Part shown: positions 7,473 to 17,568 of the stretch, one piece after another
Numbering within the stretch: position 1 is the first letter of the stretch
Layout: every line of letters starts with the position of its first letter
Assembly (NCBI GenBank): GCA_963719935.1
Contig: CAVRDY010000016.1
Location: forward strand, 165,577 to 229,576
Length of the DNA: 64,000 bases
DNA from: an uncultured Actinomycetes bacterium
GTDB lineage: Bacteria; Actinomycetota; Acidimicrobiia; Acidimicrobiales; CAVRDY01
Direction: 5' to 3'
Notes under the pieces: generated by a model
What the model was told of the DNA's origin: nothing
Databases searched by the model: none
Seen by the model: the letters and a program-made list of their open reading frames with translations, nothing else
Translations under genes and position numbers: made by a program

Positions 7473-8594
7473 ATGGCTGCCCTGCACGAGACCCAGATCC
7501 GCCGCCTGGCAGCCTTCCGCGGGGAGCGATCCCCGGTCACCAGCTGCTACCTCGATGTCGACGGAAAGCACCATCTGCGCCGCCATGATTACCAGGCTGA
7601 GCTGGCCCGCCTCGTCCGGCGGGCCCGTCGCCGGCTCAATGGCGAGCTCACCTCATCGGTCGAGAACGACCTGGATCGCATCACCAGCTACGTGCGCTCC
7701 GGTGTCGACCGCCACCGCGTGCGGGGGCTCGCCCTCTTCGTGTGCAGCGCCCACGACTTCTTCGAGGTGGTCGAGTTGGCAGTCCCCGTCCGCAGCCAAC
7801 TGGTGGTGAACACGGTTCCCGCGGTGCGCCAACTCGAGGAGCTGGTGCAGGGCCACGAGCGCTTCGGTGTCCTCCTGGTCGACCGCCAGCGCACCCGGAT
7901 GCTGGTCTTCGAGCTGGGCGAACTCGTCGACCACAGTTCCGCCGACGAGGAGCTGCCGCGCCACTACGACAGCCGGGGTCACAGCGAGCGGGGTGGCGTC
8001 GACCACCACATCGAGGCGCTGGTGTCCCAGCACGCTCGCCACGCCGCCGATCTGGCGTTCGAGATCTACCAGAAGGTGGGCTTTGCCCACCTCTCCCTCG
8101 GCGGAACTCCCGAGGTGGTGAGCGCAGTGACCGACTCGCTGCACCCCTACCTGTCCGAACGGCTCGCCCCCCACATCTCGGTGGGCGCAGGAGCCTCGAG
8201 CGAAGAGGTGGCGCGGTCCGCGGCCCAGGTCGAGGCCGAGGTGGAACGCGGGCGCGAGCAGCGCCTCGTCGCCGAGGTACGTGAAGGAGTGGGCCGCGGG
8301 CGTGGCGCGGTTGCCGGAGTCGAGGCGGTCATGGGGGTCCTCGCCGAGCGGCGTCTCGAGCACCTGGCGGTCTCGCAGGGCTACTCGGAGCCCGGTTGGC
8401 ACTGCCGTGGGTGCAACCACCTGGCCCTGGTCGGGCGTAGTTGCCCCCGTTGCTCACAAGACATGGATCACGTGGACGACGTCGTCGAAGAAGTGGTTGA
8501 AGAGGCCCTGGAGCAGGGGTGCGCCGTCCGGGTCTGTGTCGAGAACGCGGACCTGGACTGCATCGGCAGCATCGGCGGGCTTCTCCGCTATTGA
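7473..8594 (+). CDS. eRF1/Pelota-like (bacterial baeRF-type) protein with C-terminal Cys4 zinc ribbon
   Basis: N-terminal PVTSCYLDVDG motif. Central RFGVLLVDRQRTRMLVF followed by the loop DSRGHSERGGVDHH at the GGQ-loop position. eRF1 domain-3-like GVEAVMGVLAERRLEHL. CRGC..CPRC ribbon. Confidence 0.7.
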   Translation: MAALHETQIRRLAAFRGERSPVTSCYLDVDGKHHLRRHDYQAELARLVRRARRRLNGELTSSVENDLDRITSYVRSGVDRHRVRGLALFVCSAHDFFEVVELAVPVRSQLVVNTVPAVRQLEELVQGHERFGVLLVDRQRTRMLVFELGELVDHSSADEELPRHYDSRGHSERGGVDHHIEALVSQHARHAADLAFEIYQKVGFAHLSLGGTPEVVSAVTDSLHPYLSERLAPHISVGAGASSEEVARSAAQVEAEVERGREQRLVAEVREGVGRGRGAVAGVEAVMGVLAERRLEHLAVSQGYSEPGWHCRGCNHLALVGRSCPRCSQDMDHVDDVVEEVVEEALEQGCAVRVCVENADLDCIGSIGGLLRY

Positions 8595-9574
8595 ACGAGA
8601 GGGTCTGCGGCCTGGACGTCGGGGGCACCAAGCTCCTGGCCGTCGCCTTCGACCCCGCTGATCCCCTGGGCCCGGGACGATCCGAACGCCGGCTTCCCAC
8701 CCCTGTGGCCGCAGATGAGCTGGTGGCGGCGGCGGTGCAGGCCATCCCGGCACTTCTTGCCGAATCGGGTGGCGAACGCTTGAGGGCGGTGGGTGCGGGG
8801 GTCGCAGGTCTCGTGGACCGGGATGGACGGCTGCGAATGGGCCCCAACCTGCCCGGCATCGTGGACGCGCCCCTGCGGGACCGCCTGGCTTCGGCGCTCG
8901 GGGTGCCGGTCACCGTCGACAACGACGCCACCGCGGCTGCCTGGGGCGAGGTCAAGGTGGGCTCTGCCCGGGACGTCCGGGACGCCGTGGTGGTGACCCT
9001 GGGTACGGGGATCGGGATGGGGCTGGTGTGTGGTGGCCAACTGGTGATCGGGCACCACGGCTACGCCGGCGAGGCAGGTCACATGGTCGTCGACCCCGAT
9101 GGCCCACCCTGCCCTTGCGGCCGGCGGGGGTGTTGGGAGCGCTATGCGTCCGGCAGCGGCCTGGGGCGGCTGGGTCGGGACGCGGCCGAGGCCGGGCGCC
9201 TGGGCAGGGTGGTGGCATCCCTGGGTGGTGATCCCGACGCAGTTCGGGGTGAGCACGTCACGGCGGCGGCCATCGACGGGGATCCCGAAGCCCTGGCGGT
9301 GGTGGATGCCTTCGCCTGGTGGGTGGCCCTGGGTCTGGCCAATCTCACCAACGTCGTGGATCCCGAACTGTTCGTGATCGCCGGTGGCCTGGTGACCACC
9401 GGTGAGGTGTTGCTGCAGCCGGTTCGCCGGGCCTACGGCGAACTCCTCTACGGGACGGGCCACCGGCCGCCGGCCCGGGTGGTGATGGCCTCGCTGGGCG
9501 AGGCTGCCGGCGCCATCGGTGCCGGACTGCGGGCAGCGGACGCGAGTGCCTTCGGGGCGAGCCCCGAGGGCTAG
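8591..9574 (+). CDS. ROK-family sugar kinase (glucokinase-like)
   Basis: TTG 8591 overlaps the upstream stop (TTGA). N-terminus CGLDVGGTKL. ROK zinc motif GHHGYAGEAGH..CPCGRRGCWE. No N-terminal HTH. Confidence 0.8.
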   Translation: MNERVCGLDVGGTKLLAVAFDPADPLGPGRSERRLPTPVAADELVAAAVQAIPALLAESGGERLRAVGAGVAGLVDRDGRLRMGPNLPGIVDAPLRDRLASALGVPVTVDNDATAAAWGEVKVGSARDVRDAVVVTLGTGIGMGLVCGGQLVIGHHGYAGEAGHMVVDPDGPPCPCGRRGCWERYASGSGLGRLGRDAAEAGRLGRVVASLGGDPDAVRGEHVTAAAIDGDPEALAVVDAFAWWVALGLANLTNVVDPELFVIAGGLVTTGEVLLQPVRRAYGELLYGTGHRPPARVVMASLGEAAGAIGAGLRAADASAFGASPEG

Positions 9575-9672
9575 CCGAGCTGTCCGCCCTGCCCTGCTCG
9601 GGCGAGGACCTCCGGGGTCTGGGGAGTCACTACGCTTTCGCGATTGCATCCAACAGCAGGGGGTAGTGCGCC

Positions 9673-11292
9673 GTGCACGGACTCATCCAGGATCACCCGC
9701 TCTCACTTGACATCATCATGTGGAGGGCGGAGCGGCTGTTCGCCGATCAGGCGATCATCACCCGGCAGGGGCCGACCCGCCGCGTGACCAAGTACGGAGA
9801 GCTCGTCGATCGTGCCGCTCGTGTGGCAGGGGCCCTCGACCAGCTCGGCGTCCCCTCAGAGGGCCGTGTCGGATCGCTGTGCTGGGCATCGGATCGACAC
9901 ATGGAGCTCTTCTACGGGGTGCCTGGTGGCGGACGGATCCTGCACACCCTGAATCCCAGGCTCACCGACGACCAGTTGCGCTACACGATCGACCACGGTG
10001 GAGCGTCGGCCCTGGTGATCGATCGGTCCCTGGCGCGCCGTGTGTGGCACTTGCTGCCCGGCACTCCGCAGGTGCGGCACGTAGTGCTGGTCGACGACGG
10101 CGCAGAGCCGCCCGAGTCCCTGGAGGGGATCTCCCTGCATGACTACGACGAACTGCTGGCGGGCGCCGTCGCCGTTCGTCGACCGGTGACCGACGAGCGC
10201 CAGGCGGCCATCCTCTGCTACACGTCCGGAACCACCGGTGATCCCAAGGGCGTGCTGTACTCCCACCGGGGCCTGGTGCTCCAAGCCATGAACCTGGCGA
10301 CAGCTGACGGGCTCGGCATGCGGGCAACAGACGTGGTCCTGATGGGTGGCCAGATGTTCCATGCCAACGGCATGGGACTGCCGCAGGTGAGCGTCCTCAC
10401 GGGTGCGCGCCTGGTGCTTCCCGGAGCTGACATGTCCGGTCCTGGCCTCGTTGATGCCCTGGAGCAGGAGCAGGTCACGATGGCGGTGATGGTTGCGCCG
10501 ATATGGCGGGTGGTGGCGCCTCACCTTGCAGGCCGGGACCTGCGTTCCCTTCGCTGGAACGGTGCTGGAGGTGCCCCGGTACCCCCCTCGCTCTCCGAGC
10601 AGGTGAAGGCTGTCACGGGCGCGCCGATTGTCCAGGGCTGGGGCATGACCGAGACCAGTCCCCACGCCACCCTGGTCGCCGAGCGCCCGGAGCTGACGGG
10701 AGCCAGCGAACAGGAGCTGATCGCCGTGCGTGCCACGGCCGGCCTGCCCTATGCAGGCATCGAGTTGCGCCTCGTCGATGATGCCGGCGCCGAGGTTGCC
10801 TGGGACGGCGTCACCTCCGGTGAGCTCCAGGTTCGGGGGCTGTGGGTCGCCTCCGGCTACTTCGGCGGCACTCCCGAGGACACCTTCAGCGACGATGGCT
10901 GGTTGCGAACGGGTGACGTGGCGACCATCGACGCCCTCGGCTACCTGCGAATAGTCGATCGCATCAAGGACGTCATCAAGTCGGGGGGGCTGTGGATCGG
11001 GACCATCGAGCTGGAGAACCTGCTCATGGCCCACCCCTCGGTGGCCGAAGCTGCCGTGGTGGGCGTCCCTCACGAACGGTGGGACGAGCGCCCAATAGCT
11101 CTGGTCGTGCCTGCTGAAGGAGAGGTGGTAGATCCCGAGGTCCTGAGGGTGCACCTGAAGGACAAGGTGCCTTCGTTCTGGGTACCCGACGCCTTCGTCC
11201 CCGTGGAAGACATTCCCAAGACCTCGGTGGGGAAGTTCGACAAGAAGGCGTTGCGCGATGTTCACCGTGACTGCTTGACGGGCTCACCCTGA
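9673..11292 (+). CDS. AMP-dependent acyl-CoA synthetase (fatty-acid-CoA ligase)
   Basis: 539-aa ORF. Motifs [24 protein letters not shown] and [16 protein letters not shown] lies upstream of GTG 9673. Confidence 0.85.
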   Translation: MHGLIQDHPLSLDIIMWRAERLFADQAIITRQGPTRRVTKYGELVDRAARVAGALDQLGVPSEGRVGSLCWASDRHMELFYGVPGGGRILHTLNPRLTDDQLRYTIDHGGASALVIDRSLARRVWHLLPGTPQVRHVVLVDDGAEPPESLEGISLHDYDELLAGAVAVRRPVTDERQAAILCYTSGTTGDPKGVLYSHRGLVLQAMNLATADGLGMRATDVVLMGGQMFHANGMGLPQVSVLTGARLVLPGADMSGPGLVDALEQEQVTMAVMVAPIWRVVAPHLAGRDLRSLRWNGAGGAPVPPSLSEQVKAVTGAPIVQGWGMTETSPHATLVAERPELTGASEQELIAVRATAGLPYAGIELRLVDDAGAEVAWDGVTSGELQVRGLWVASGYFGGTPEDTFSDDGWLRTGDVATIDALGYLRIVDRIKDVIKSGGLWIGTIELENLLMAHPSVAEAAVVGVPHERWDERPIALVVPAEGEVVDPEVLRVHLKDKVPSFWVPDAFVPVEDIPKTSVGKFDKKALRDVHRDCLTGSP

Positions 11293-11337
11293 GTACCGCA
11301 CCGGCTTGCTGGTCGGAAGCGGCAACCGTGCCGCGCG

Positions 11338-12330
11338 TCAGCTCGCCGACCAGCCGTGGAGCACGTAGGAAGAACGCAGGAACGTCGCCGCGTGCGGCAA
11401 CATCTTGAGCAACTCGGTCACTCGCACCTGGGTCGGATACTCGAGGAACGTGGAGGGAAACGCGCGCAGCAGCGCCGGGTAGGAAGCCGTGGCACCCCCG
11501 GTGCCCCGGGACCGGGAGACGAACCCGAAGGCATCCCCCAGGATCTCAGGTGTCTCGCCGGGTCCGTGACCGTGTTGGTAGCGGAACCCGAGGAATACCA
11601 CAGGCTGGCCGTCCTCGAAGGTCATGAACAGCCAGTCGGCCCACTTGCCGTCGAGGATCTGGCGTACCCAGCGCTGGTAGAAGCTGCGGCAACGCTCGGG
11701 TGAGAGGCGCGGGTCGCCGTGGAAGCGCGAAGTGTTGAAGAGCCCACCTGCCTCGAGGGCCAGTTCCTCACGGGTATCGGGATCGAGGTTGACGGGGTGC
11801 TCGTGATCGTAGATCCGGTGCTCGAGCAGAGGTCCACCGGGTGGCTCCGGAAGCCTGTCCTTGTGGCTCGATACGTAGGTCATGACGTTGTTGTAGACCC
11901 GGTATCGGGCGTCCTGGGCGCCGTCGAGCGCGTGCACGTCACCGGCATCGATCCTCACGGTGGTCATACCAGGGAAGGCGGCCAGCACCGCTCCACACAG
12001 CTCTGAGGCGATCGGCGAGCGTCCCGAGCCGTTGGTGGCGGTGAGCAGGGTGTGAACCACCTGCATGGGCAGTCCGAAGTGCTCGGTGTCATAGACCTGA
12101 GGGGCAGCATGCACGACCCCCACCAGCCGCCCGCCGTCTTCGGCAGCCAGCACCACATCGCCCCGGGGTTCGCTCAGGGACTCGGCGATGGATGCAACGG
12201 CGCGTTGCGCGTCGTGCGGCGCCAGGTCGTAGCCGTAGCTGGCGTACCCGCGGTTCGGCCAGAACGGGTGCTTGGTTGCCAGCCCCTGGACCTCGTCGAG
12301 ATCTCCCTTGGTCAGCTCTCGGATCTCCAT
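11338..12330 (-). CDS. GNAT-like (two-lobed acyltransferase-fold) protein
   Basis: ATG at 12330 is preceded by AGGAGG. N-terminus [14 protein letters not shown]. The two halves look like acetyltransferase-fold domains. The family assignment is tentative. Confidence 0.55.
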   Translation of the reverse strand: MEIRELTKGDLDEVQGLATKHPFWPNRGYASYGYDLAPHDAQRAVASIAESLSEPRGDVVLAAEDGGRLVGVVHAAPQVYDTEHFGLPMQVVHTLLTATNGSGRSPIASELCGAVLAAFPGMTTVRIDAGDVHALDGAQDARYRVYNNVMTYVSSHKDRLPEPPGGPLLEHRIYDHEHPVNLDPDTREELALEAGGLFNTSRFHGDPRLSPERCRSFYQRWVRQILDGKWADWLFMTFEDGQPVVFLGFRYQHGHGPGETPEILGDAFGFVSRSRGTGGATASYPALLRAFPSTFLEYPTQVRVTELLKMLPHAATFLRSSYVLHGWSAS

Positions 12331-12448
12331 CGCACCCCTCCTGCTCCCTCTTGCGCCGGGCAGGTTACCTGGTGCGGCACGATCCGAGTCCCGGCGGGGA
12401 CCCGAATGGTTCGCGTCCCCCCAGAGAGCCAGCGATACCCTGACCCCG

Positions 12449-13624
12449 ATGGAGTTCCGCCGCATCACGTCCCTTCCTCCCTACGTCTTCACGATCATCG
12501 ACTCGCTGAAGGTCGAGGCTCGCCGGGCCGGTCAGGACATCATCGACCTGGGCTTCGGCAACCCGGATCTGTCCTCACCGGACGTGGCCGTCGAAAAGCT
12601 CTGCGAGGCGGCGCACAACGTCCGGAACCACCGCTACTCCTCCAGCCGGGGCATCCCCAAGCTGCGGGCCGCGGTGGCCGACCTCTACCAGCGCCGCTTC
12701 GGCGTGCACCTCGATCCCGACACCGAGGTCCTCAACACCATCGGCGCCAAGGAGGGCTTCTCGCACCTCATGTGGGTGCTGTTGCAGCCTGGCGATGCCG
12801 CACTCGTGCCTTCCCCGTCGTACCCCATCCACATCTATGGGCCGCTGTTCGCGGGCGCCGACATCCGAGAGGTGCCCCTGGGCACCGGTCAGGACTTCTT
12901 CGACAACCTCCAGGAGGCCTGGGAGTACTCCTGGCCCAAGCCGAGGGTCATCGTCATGTCGTTCCCCCACAACCCCACCACGACCTGTGTAGACCTCGAC
13001 TTCTTCCAGCGCGTGGTCGACTTCGCCCGGGCCCACGACGTGTTGCTGGTGCACGACAACGCCTACGCCGACCTGGGCTTCGACGGCTACTCGCCTCCGT
13101 CGATCCTCCAGGCCGAAGGTGCCAAAGAGTGCTCTGTCGAGCTCTACTCGATGACGAAGTCGTTCTCGATGGCCGGATGGCGGGTGGCCTTCCTGGTGGG
13201 CAACGCCGAGGTCGTGGCGGCCCTGGCCAAGTTGAAGTCGTATCTCGACTACGGCACCTTCCAGCCCATCCAGATCGCGGCGACGGTCACCCTCAACGAG
13301 GCCTCTGAGCATCCGAAGCTGGCCAACGAGATCTACCAGCGGCGCCGTGACGTGCTCTGCGGCGGCCTGGCCCGCATCGGCTGGGAGCTCGAACCGCCCC
13401 AGGGAACCATGTTCGTGTGGGCCCCCATCCCCGAGGCCTACACCGACATGGGGTCGATCGAGTTCTGCAAGTTGCTGGTGACCGAAGCCCACGTGGCGGC
13501 CTCCCCCGGTGTCGGCTTCGGCCCCGGTGGTGACGGGCACGTGCGCTTCGCTCTCATCGAGAACGAGCATCGCATCGCCCAAGGGGTGCGCAGCCTGCGC
13601 CGGGCACTCACCCGGCTGGGCTGA
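12449..13624 (+). CDS. class I/II PLP-dependent aminotransferase (alanine/aspartate aminotransferase type)
   Basis: N-terminus [20 protein letters not shown] motif. PLP-lysine region [22 protein letters not shown] lies 7 nt upstream of the ATG. Confidence 0.85.
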   Translation: MEFRRITSLPPYVFTIIDSLKVEARRAGQDIIDLGFGNPDLSSPDVAVEKLCEAAHNVRNHRYSSSRGIPKLRAAVADLYQRRFGVHLDPDTEVLNTIGAKEGFSHLMWVLLQPGDAALVPSPSYPIHIYGPLFAGADIREVPLGTGQDFFDNLQEAWEYSWPKPRVIVMSFPHNPTTTCVDLDFFQRVVDFARAHDVLLVHDNAYADLGFDGYSPPSILQAEGAKECSVELYSMTKSFSMAGWRVAFLVGNAEVVAALAKLKSYLDYGTFQPIQIAATVTLNEASEHPKLANEIYQRRRDVLCGGLARIGWELEPPQGTMFVWAPIPEAYTDMGSIEFCKLLVTEAHVAASPGVGFGPGGDGHVRFALIENEHRIAQGVRSLRRALTRLG

Positions 13625-14213
13625 GGTCCCGCACCAGTACCCCCTCCAGGCAGAACGCCACGGCCTCGTCGGCGATCTCGCCGGCATCGCGCTGCTGGTC
13701 GTGGATGAAGACCCGTACCAGGTAGGTCGTGCAACCCAGGATGGCGTGAGCCAGCAGCACCGGGTCGCTGTCGCGGATGTGGCCGTCGGCTATTCCCTGG
13801 CTCACGATGCGGATGATGTCGTTGGCCGCCACCTCGCCGCCCTTGCGCAGCGCGGGAGCGAAGCGCTCCTCGGTGGTGGCGAACTGGAACAGCTGGTTGA
13901 TGTCCCGGTGCTCGGCCGACCATTGCATGGAGGCCCGGATTCCGGCCTCGAGCTTGGCCACGGCGTCTGTCTCCGGTTCGACGGCGGCCTGTTGGGTGCG
14001 GCGAAGATCCAGCTGGGCCTCGCGCAGGAGCTCGAGGAAGAGCTGCTCTTTCGAGTCGAAGTACCAGTAGAAGACGCCCTTGCCCACGCCCAGGCCCTCC
14101 ACGATCTCCGCGACCGATGTCGGGTGGTAGCCCTGATGGGCGAAGCGCTGGGTGGCGAAGTCCATGAGCTGGCGGCGCCGTTCCCGGCCGCGCGGGGTGA
14201 GCCGGCGGTTCAT
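13608..14213 (-). CDS. TetR-family transcriptional regulator
   Basis: ATG at 14213. HTH region [29 protein letters not shown]. Converges on and overlaps the aminotransferase 3' end by 17 bp. Confidence 0.85.
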   Translation of the reverse strand: MNRRLTPRGRERRRQLMDFATQRFAHQGYHPTSVAEIVEGLGVGKGVFYWYFDSKEQLFLELLREAQLDLRRTQQAAVEPETDAVAKLEAGIRASMQWSAEHRDINQLFQFATTEERFAPALRKGGEVAANDIIRIVSQGIADGHIRDSDPVLLAHAILGCTTYLVRVFIHDQQRDAGEIADEAVAFCLEGVLVRDLSPAG

Positions 14214-14231
14214 CGGCCAGACGGTAGAAAG

Positions 14232-14251
14232 ACTTGACCGTCCGGTCAAGT
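14232..14251. promoter_or_regulatory. perfect 9-2-9 palindrome ACTTGACCG-TC-CGGTCAAGT, candidate TetR operator
   Basis: Lies 19-38 bp upstream of the tetR ATG (14213). On the minus strand it ends 5 nt upstream of the putative -10 hexamer TACCGT. Confidence 0.5.
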
Positions 14252-14292
14252 ACTGCCGCGGTCCTGTCCCGTCCGCAGGTGGGGTTTCGTCT

Positions 14293-15777
14293 TCACGAGC
14301 GGGCCCAACCCCGCGCCCGTTCCACGCCGCGGTGCCAACGGGCGTGGGCCTCGTCGGCCGCCCGGCGGTCACCTTTCGGCTCGAACCGGGCATCGAGCTG
14401 CCAGTTGGTCTCGATGTCGTCCAGCGAGCCCCAGAAGCCTTCGGCAAGGCCGGCCAGGTAGGCCGCGCCCAGTGCGGTGGTCTCGGCCACCTGGGGGCGG
14501 GAGACCACCACGCCGAGTTGGTCGGCCTGGAGGCTCAGCAGCAGGTCCATCACAGCGGCCCCACCGTCGGCACGCAGTGACTGGGGTCGCAGGCCGGCCG
14601 CGGTGGCCATGGCATCGACCACATCCCGTGTTGCGTGGGCCATGGACTCGACCACCGCCCGGGCCAGCTCGGCGCGACCGGTCCCGCGTGTGATCCCCAG
14701 GATGGTTCCCCGCGCGTATGGGTCCCACCAGGGACTGCCCAGGCCGGTGAAGGCGGGAACCACGACCACACCACCGGTGTCGTCCACCGATGCGGCCAGA
14801 GCCTCGGTGTCAGCCGCCGACTCGATGATGCCCAGCCCGTCGCGGAGCCACTGCACAGCGGCCCCTGTGGCGAAGATCGCACCTTCGTAGGCGTAGTCGG
14901 TGCGGGGCCCGCCGGTGGTGGGGATGGTCCAGGCGACGGTCGTGAGGAGCCCCTCCACTGGCGGGGGACACTCGGGGCCCACGTTCATGAGCACGAAGGA
15001 CCCCGTGCCATAGGTGTTCTTGGTGTCGCCCGGGCAGAAGCAAGCCTGACCGAACAAGGCTGCCTGCTGGTCGCCGGCGATCCCCGATATTGGAATGCCC
15101 GCGGGGACCGGCAGGCCCGGCGCGGTGGTGCCGAAGCGGCCGCTGGAGGCGTGGACTTCGGGGAGCACGTGGAGGGGCACTCCGAACAGTTCGCACAGCT
15201 GCGAAGACCAGGCAAGCTCGGTGATGTCGAACAGCAGGGTGCGCGATGCGTTGGACACGTCGGTGGCGTGCACCGCTCCGCCGGTCAGGTTCCACAGCAG
15301 CCAACTGTCGACGGTGCCCACTGCGGTGTCGGGGCCCGAGGGGACCTCTCCCTCGGTGAAGAGCCATTCCAGCTTGGTGGCCGAGAAGTAGGGGTCGAGC
15401 ACCAGGCCGGCCTGTTGCCGAACCAGGGGTAGGTGCCCTTCGGTGGCCAAGTCGTCGCAGCGGGCCGCGGTGCGACGGTCCTGCCAGACGATGGCGCGAT
15501 GAAGGGGGCGGCCGGTCCGGCGGTCCCAGGCGACGACGGTCTCTCGTTGGTCGGTGATGCCCAGTGCCACCACCGGTTCGGTCAGTGACTCCATCACCTG
15601 GGCCAGGGTTGCCTGTTGTGCGGCCCAGATCTCGTCGGGGTCGTGTTCGACCCACCCGGGTCGGGGGAAGTGCTGGGTGAACTCCCGGTAGGCGGAGGCC
15701 ACCGGCCGTCCTGAACGGTCGAAGGCGATGGTGCGGACCCCGGTGGTGCCCGCGTCGAGGGCGATCACGACTCCCAT
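14293..15777 (-). CDS. glpK: glycerol kinase
   Basis: 494-aa ORF. FGGY kinase N-terminus VIALDAGTTGVRT, with full-length GlpK-like sequence throughout. Confidence 0.9.
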   Translation of the reverse strand: MGVVIALDAGTTGVRTIAFDRSGRPVASAYREFTQHFPRPGWVEHDPDEIWAAQQATLAQVMESLTEPVVALGITDQRETVVAWDRRTGRPLHRAIVWQDRRTAARCDDLATEGHLPLVRQQAGLVLDPYFSATKLEWLFTEGEVPSGPDTAVGTVDSWLLWNLTGGAVHATDVSNASRTLLFDITELAWSSQLCELFGVPLHVLPEVHASSGRFGTTAPGLPVPAGIPISGIAGDQQAALFGQACFCPGDTKNTYGTGSFVLMNVGPECPPPVEGLLTTVAWTIPTTGGPRTDYAYEGAIFATGAAVQWLRDGLGIIESAADTEALAASVDDTGGVVVVPAFTGLGSPWWDPYARGTILGITRGTGRAELARAVVESMAHATRDVVDAMATAAGLRPQSLRADGGAAVMDLLLSLQADQLGVVVSRPQVAETTALGAAYLAGLAEGFWGSLDDIETNWQLDARFEPKGDRRAADEAHARWHRGVERARGWARS

Positions 15778-15912
15778 GGGGTCCGCACGCTACTCCCCGC
15801 CGAGGGGGCCCGTCCGAGAGGGTCTCGGAGCCGGCAGCTGTTCGTCCCGCGGACGGGTCCGGGGCCGATAGCCTGCGATCGGCGTACGACTACTGACCGG
15901 GAGAAGGCTGCC

Positions 15913-16944
15913 ATGAAGGTCGGGGTGCTCACCGGGGGAGGCGACTGCCCTGGACTCAATGCCGTGATCCGAGCCTTGGTCCGGAAGGGTGAACGGGTCT
16001 ACGGGGACACGGTCGTCGGCTTCCGCGACGGTTGGCGGGGCGCCATCGAGGGCGACTGGACATCCCTGGATGTCGACAGCATGCGGGGGACGCTGCCTCG
16101 GGGTGGAACGGTGCTGGGGTCGTCCAGGACCAACCCCTACAAGGTCGACGGGGGAGCGGTCTCGGTGCGCGCCACCCTGGCCGACCTGGAGGTCGACGCG
16201 CTGGTGGCCATCGGGGGCGAGGACACCCTCGGTGTGGCCGCCAAGCTGGCCGACGAGGGTGTCCCTGTCGTCGGGGTTCCCAAGACCATCGACAACGACC
16301 TGTCGGCCACAGAGGTCACCTTCGGCTTCCACACCGCCGTGCAGATCGCCACCGAGGCGATAGACCGCCTCCACACCACCGCCGAGTCCCACGACCGGGT
16401 GATGGTGGTCGAGGTGATGGGCCGCCACGCCGGCCACATCGCCACCTGGGCAGGCATCGCCGGGGGTGCCACCTTCATCCTCATCCCCGAGGAGACCTTC
16501 GACATCGGAGCCGTGTGCGAGGCGCTGGTGCGTCGCCACGAACGTGGTCGCTTCGCCTCGATCGTCGTGGTGGCCGAGGGCGCTCAACCCACCGAGGGCA
16601 CGTTGTCGCTGGCCTCGGGCGAGGTGGACGAGTTCGGTCACGTCAGGCTGGGGGGCATCGCCAACGTGATCGCCGAGGAGGTCCGTGCACGAACCGGTTT
16701 CGATGCCAGGGTCACGATCCTGGGGCACGTGCAGCGGGGAGGGACCCCGACCGCCTATGACCGGGTGCTGTCGACCCGCTTCGGGATCGCAGCCATCGAC
16801 GCGGTCCACGATTCCGCCTGGGGGCAGATGGTGGCCTTGCGCTGTGACCGGATCGTCCGTGTTCCCCTGGCTGAGGCCGTGGGTCAGCTGAAGCTGGTCG
16901 ACCCCGACCTCTACCACGGCGTGGCAGCCCAGTTCTTCGCCTGA
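15913..16944 (+). CDS. pfkA: 6-phosphofructokinase (actinobacterial ATP/PPi type)
   Basis: MKVGVLTGGGDCPGLNAVIR, EVMGRHAGHIA and GHVQRGG motifs. GGGAGAAGG RBS upstream. Confidence 0.9.
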   Translation: MKVGVLTGGGDCPGLNAVIRALVRKGERVYGDTVVGFRDGWRGAIEGDWTSLDVDSMRGTLPRGGTVLGSSRTNPYKVDGGAVSVRATLADLEVDALVAIGGEDTLGVAAKLADEGVPVVGVPKTIDNDLSATEVTFGFHTAVQIATEAIDRLHTTAESHDRVMVVEVMGRHAGHIATWAGIAGGATFILIPEETFDIGAVCEALVRRHERGRFASIVVVAEGAQPTEGTLSLASGEVDEFGHVRLGGIANVIAEEVRARTGFDARVTILGHVQRGGTPTAYDRVLSTRFGIAAIDAVHDSAWGQMVALRCDRIVRVPLAEAVGQLKLVDPDLYHGVAAQFFA

Positions 16945-17568
16945 TCAGCTTGACTGGACGGGTGCCAGATCCGTGTAGTCGTCGCGGCTCACCTCGCGTC
17001 GCAGTGTTCCGTCCTGGGTTGGTACCGAGATCACCTCGTCGTCGATGCGGAACTGCACCGTCGTGGCCGTCTCCAACTCGGTGGCCGTGAACACCAGTTG
17101 GGCCACTGCCTGGACCAGCGTGTCGCCCTGGGCCTGGAACCCATCGGTGAGAGCCACGGTGGCCACCTCGTCGTCCTCGGTGTAGCCCAACAGGTCGACC
17201 TCGGGTGGGACGGCGTTGGAAAGGTTCTCGTCGGACAGCTCCAGCGCCAACAGGGTGCCGAGAAGGTCGGCCGGGGTGGGATCGGGGTTGTCGAAGCGCG
17301 TGGGGTAGGCCACCAGCCTGGGGGTACCGTCGAGGTCCTTGCCCATCACGTAGATGGGAAGCTCGGGACCCGCGGGCTGTGAGGGCTGCGCGGTCGTAGC
17401 CGGTTGGACCTGCAACGCATCAGGGATCGCTTCGGGGTTGATGGCCCGCGGCGTCTCCTCGGCGGGCACGCCACACGCGCCGGCCAGCACCAGGGCCAGG
17501 GCGACCAGCGCCATCCCGCAGCGCGCAATCCCGCTGCAGGCAATCCGGGCAGGCCGACCCGGGATCAT
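16945..17568 (-). CDS. GerMN-domain lipoprotein (short LpqB-like)
   Basis: ATG 17568 overlaps the kinase stop (ATGA). Signal/lipobox-like LALVLAGAC. Sits downstream of mtrA-mtrB, as lpqB does. Confidence 0.7.
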   Translation of the reverse strand: MIPGRPARIACSGIARCGMALVALALVLAGACGVPAEETPRAINPEAIPDALQVQPATTAQPSQPAGPELPIYVMGKDLDGTPRLVAYPTRFDNPDPTPADLLGTLLALELSDENLSNAVPPEVDLLGYTEDDEVATVALTDGFQAQGDTLVQAVAQLVFTATELETATTVQFRIDDEVISVPTQDGTLRREVSRDDYTDLAPVQSS

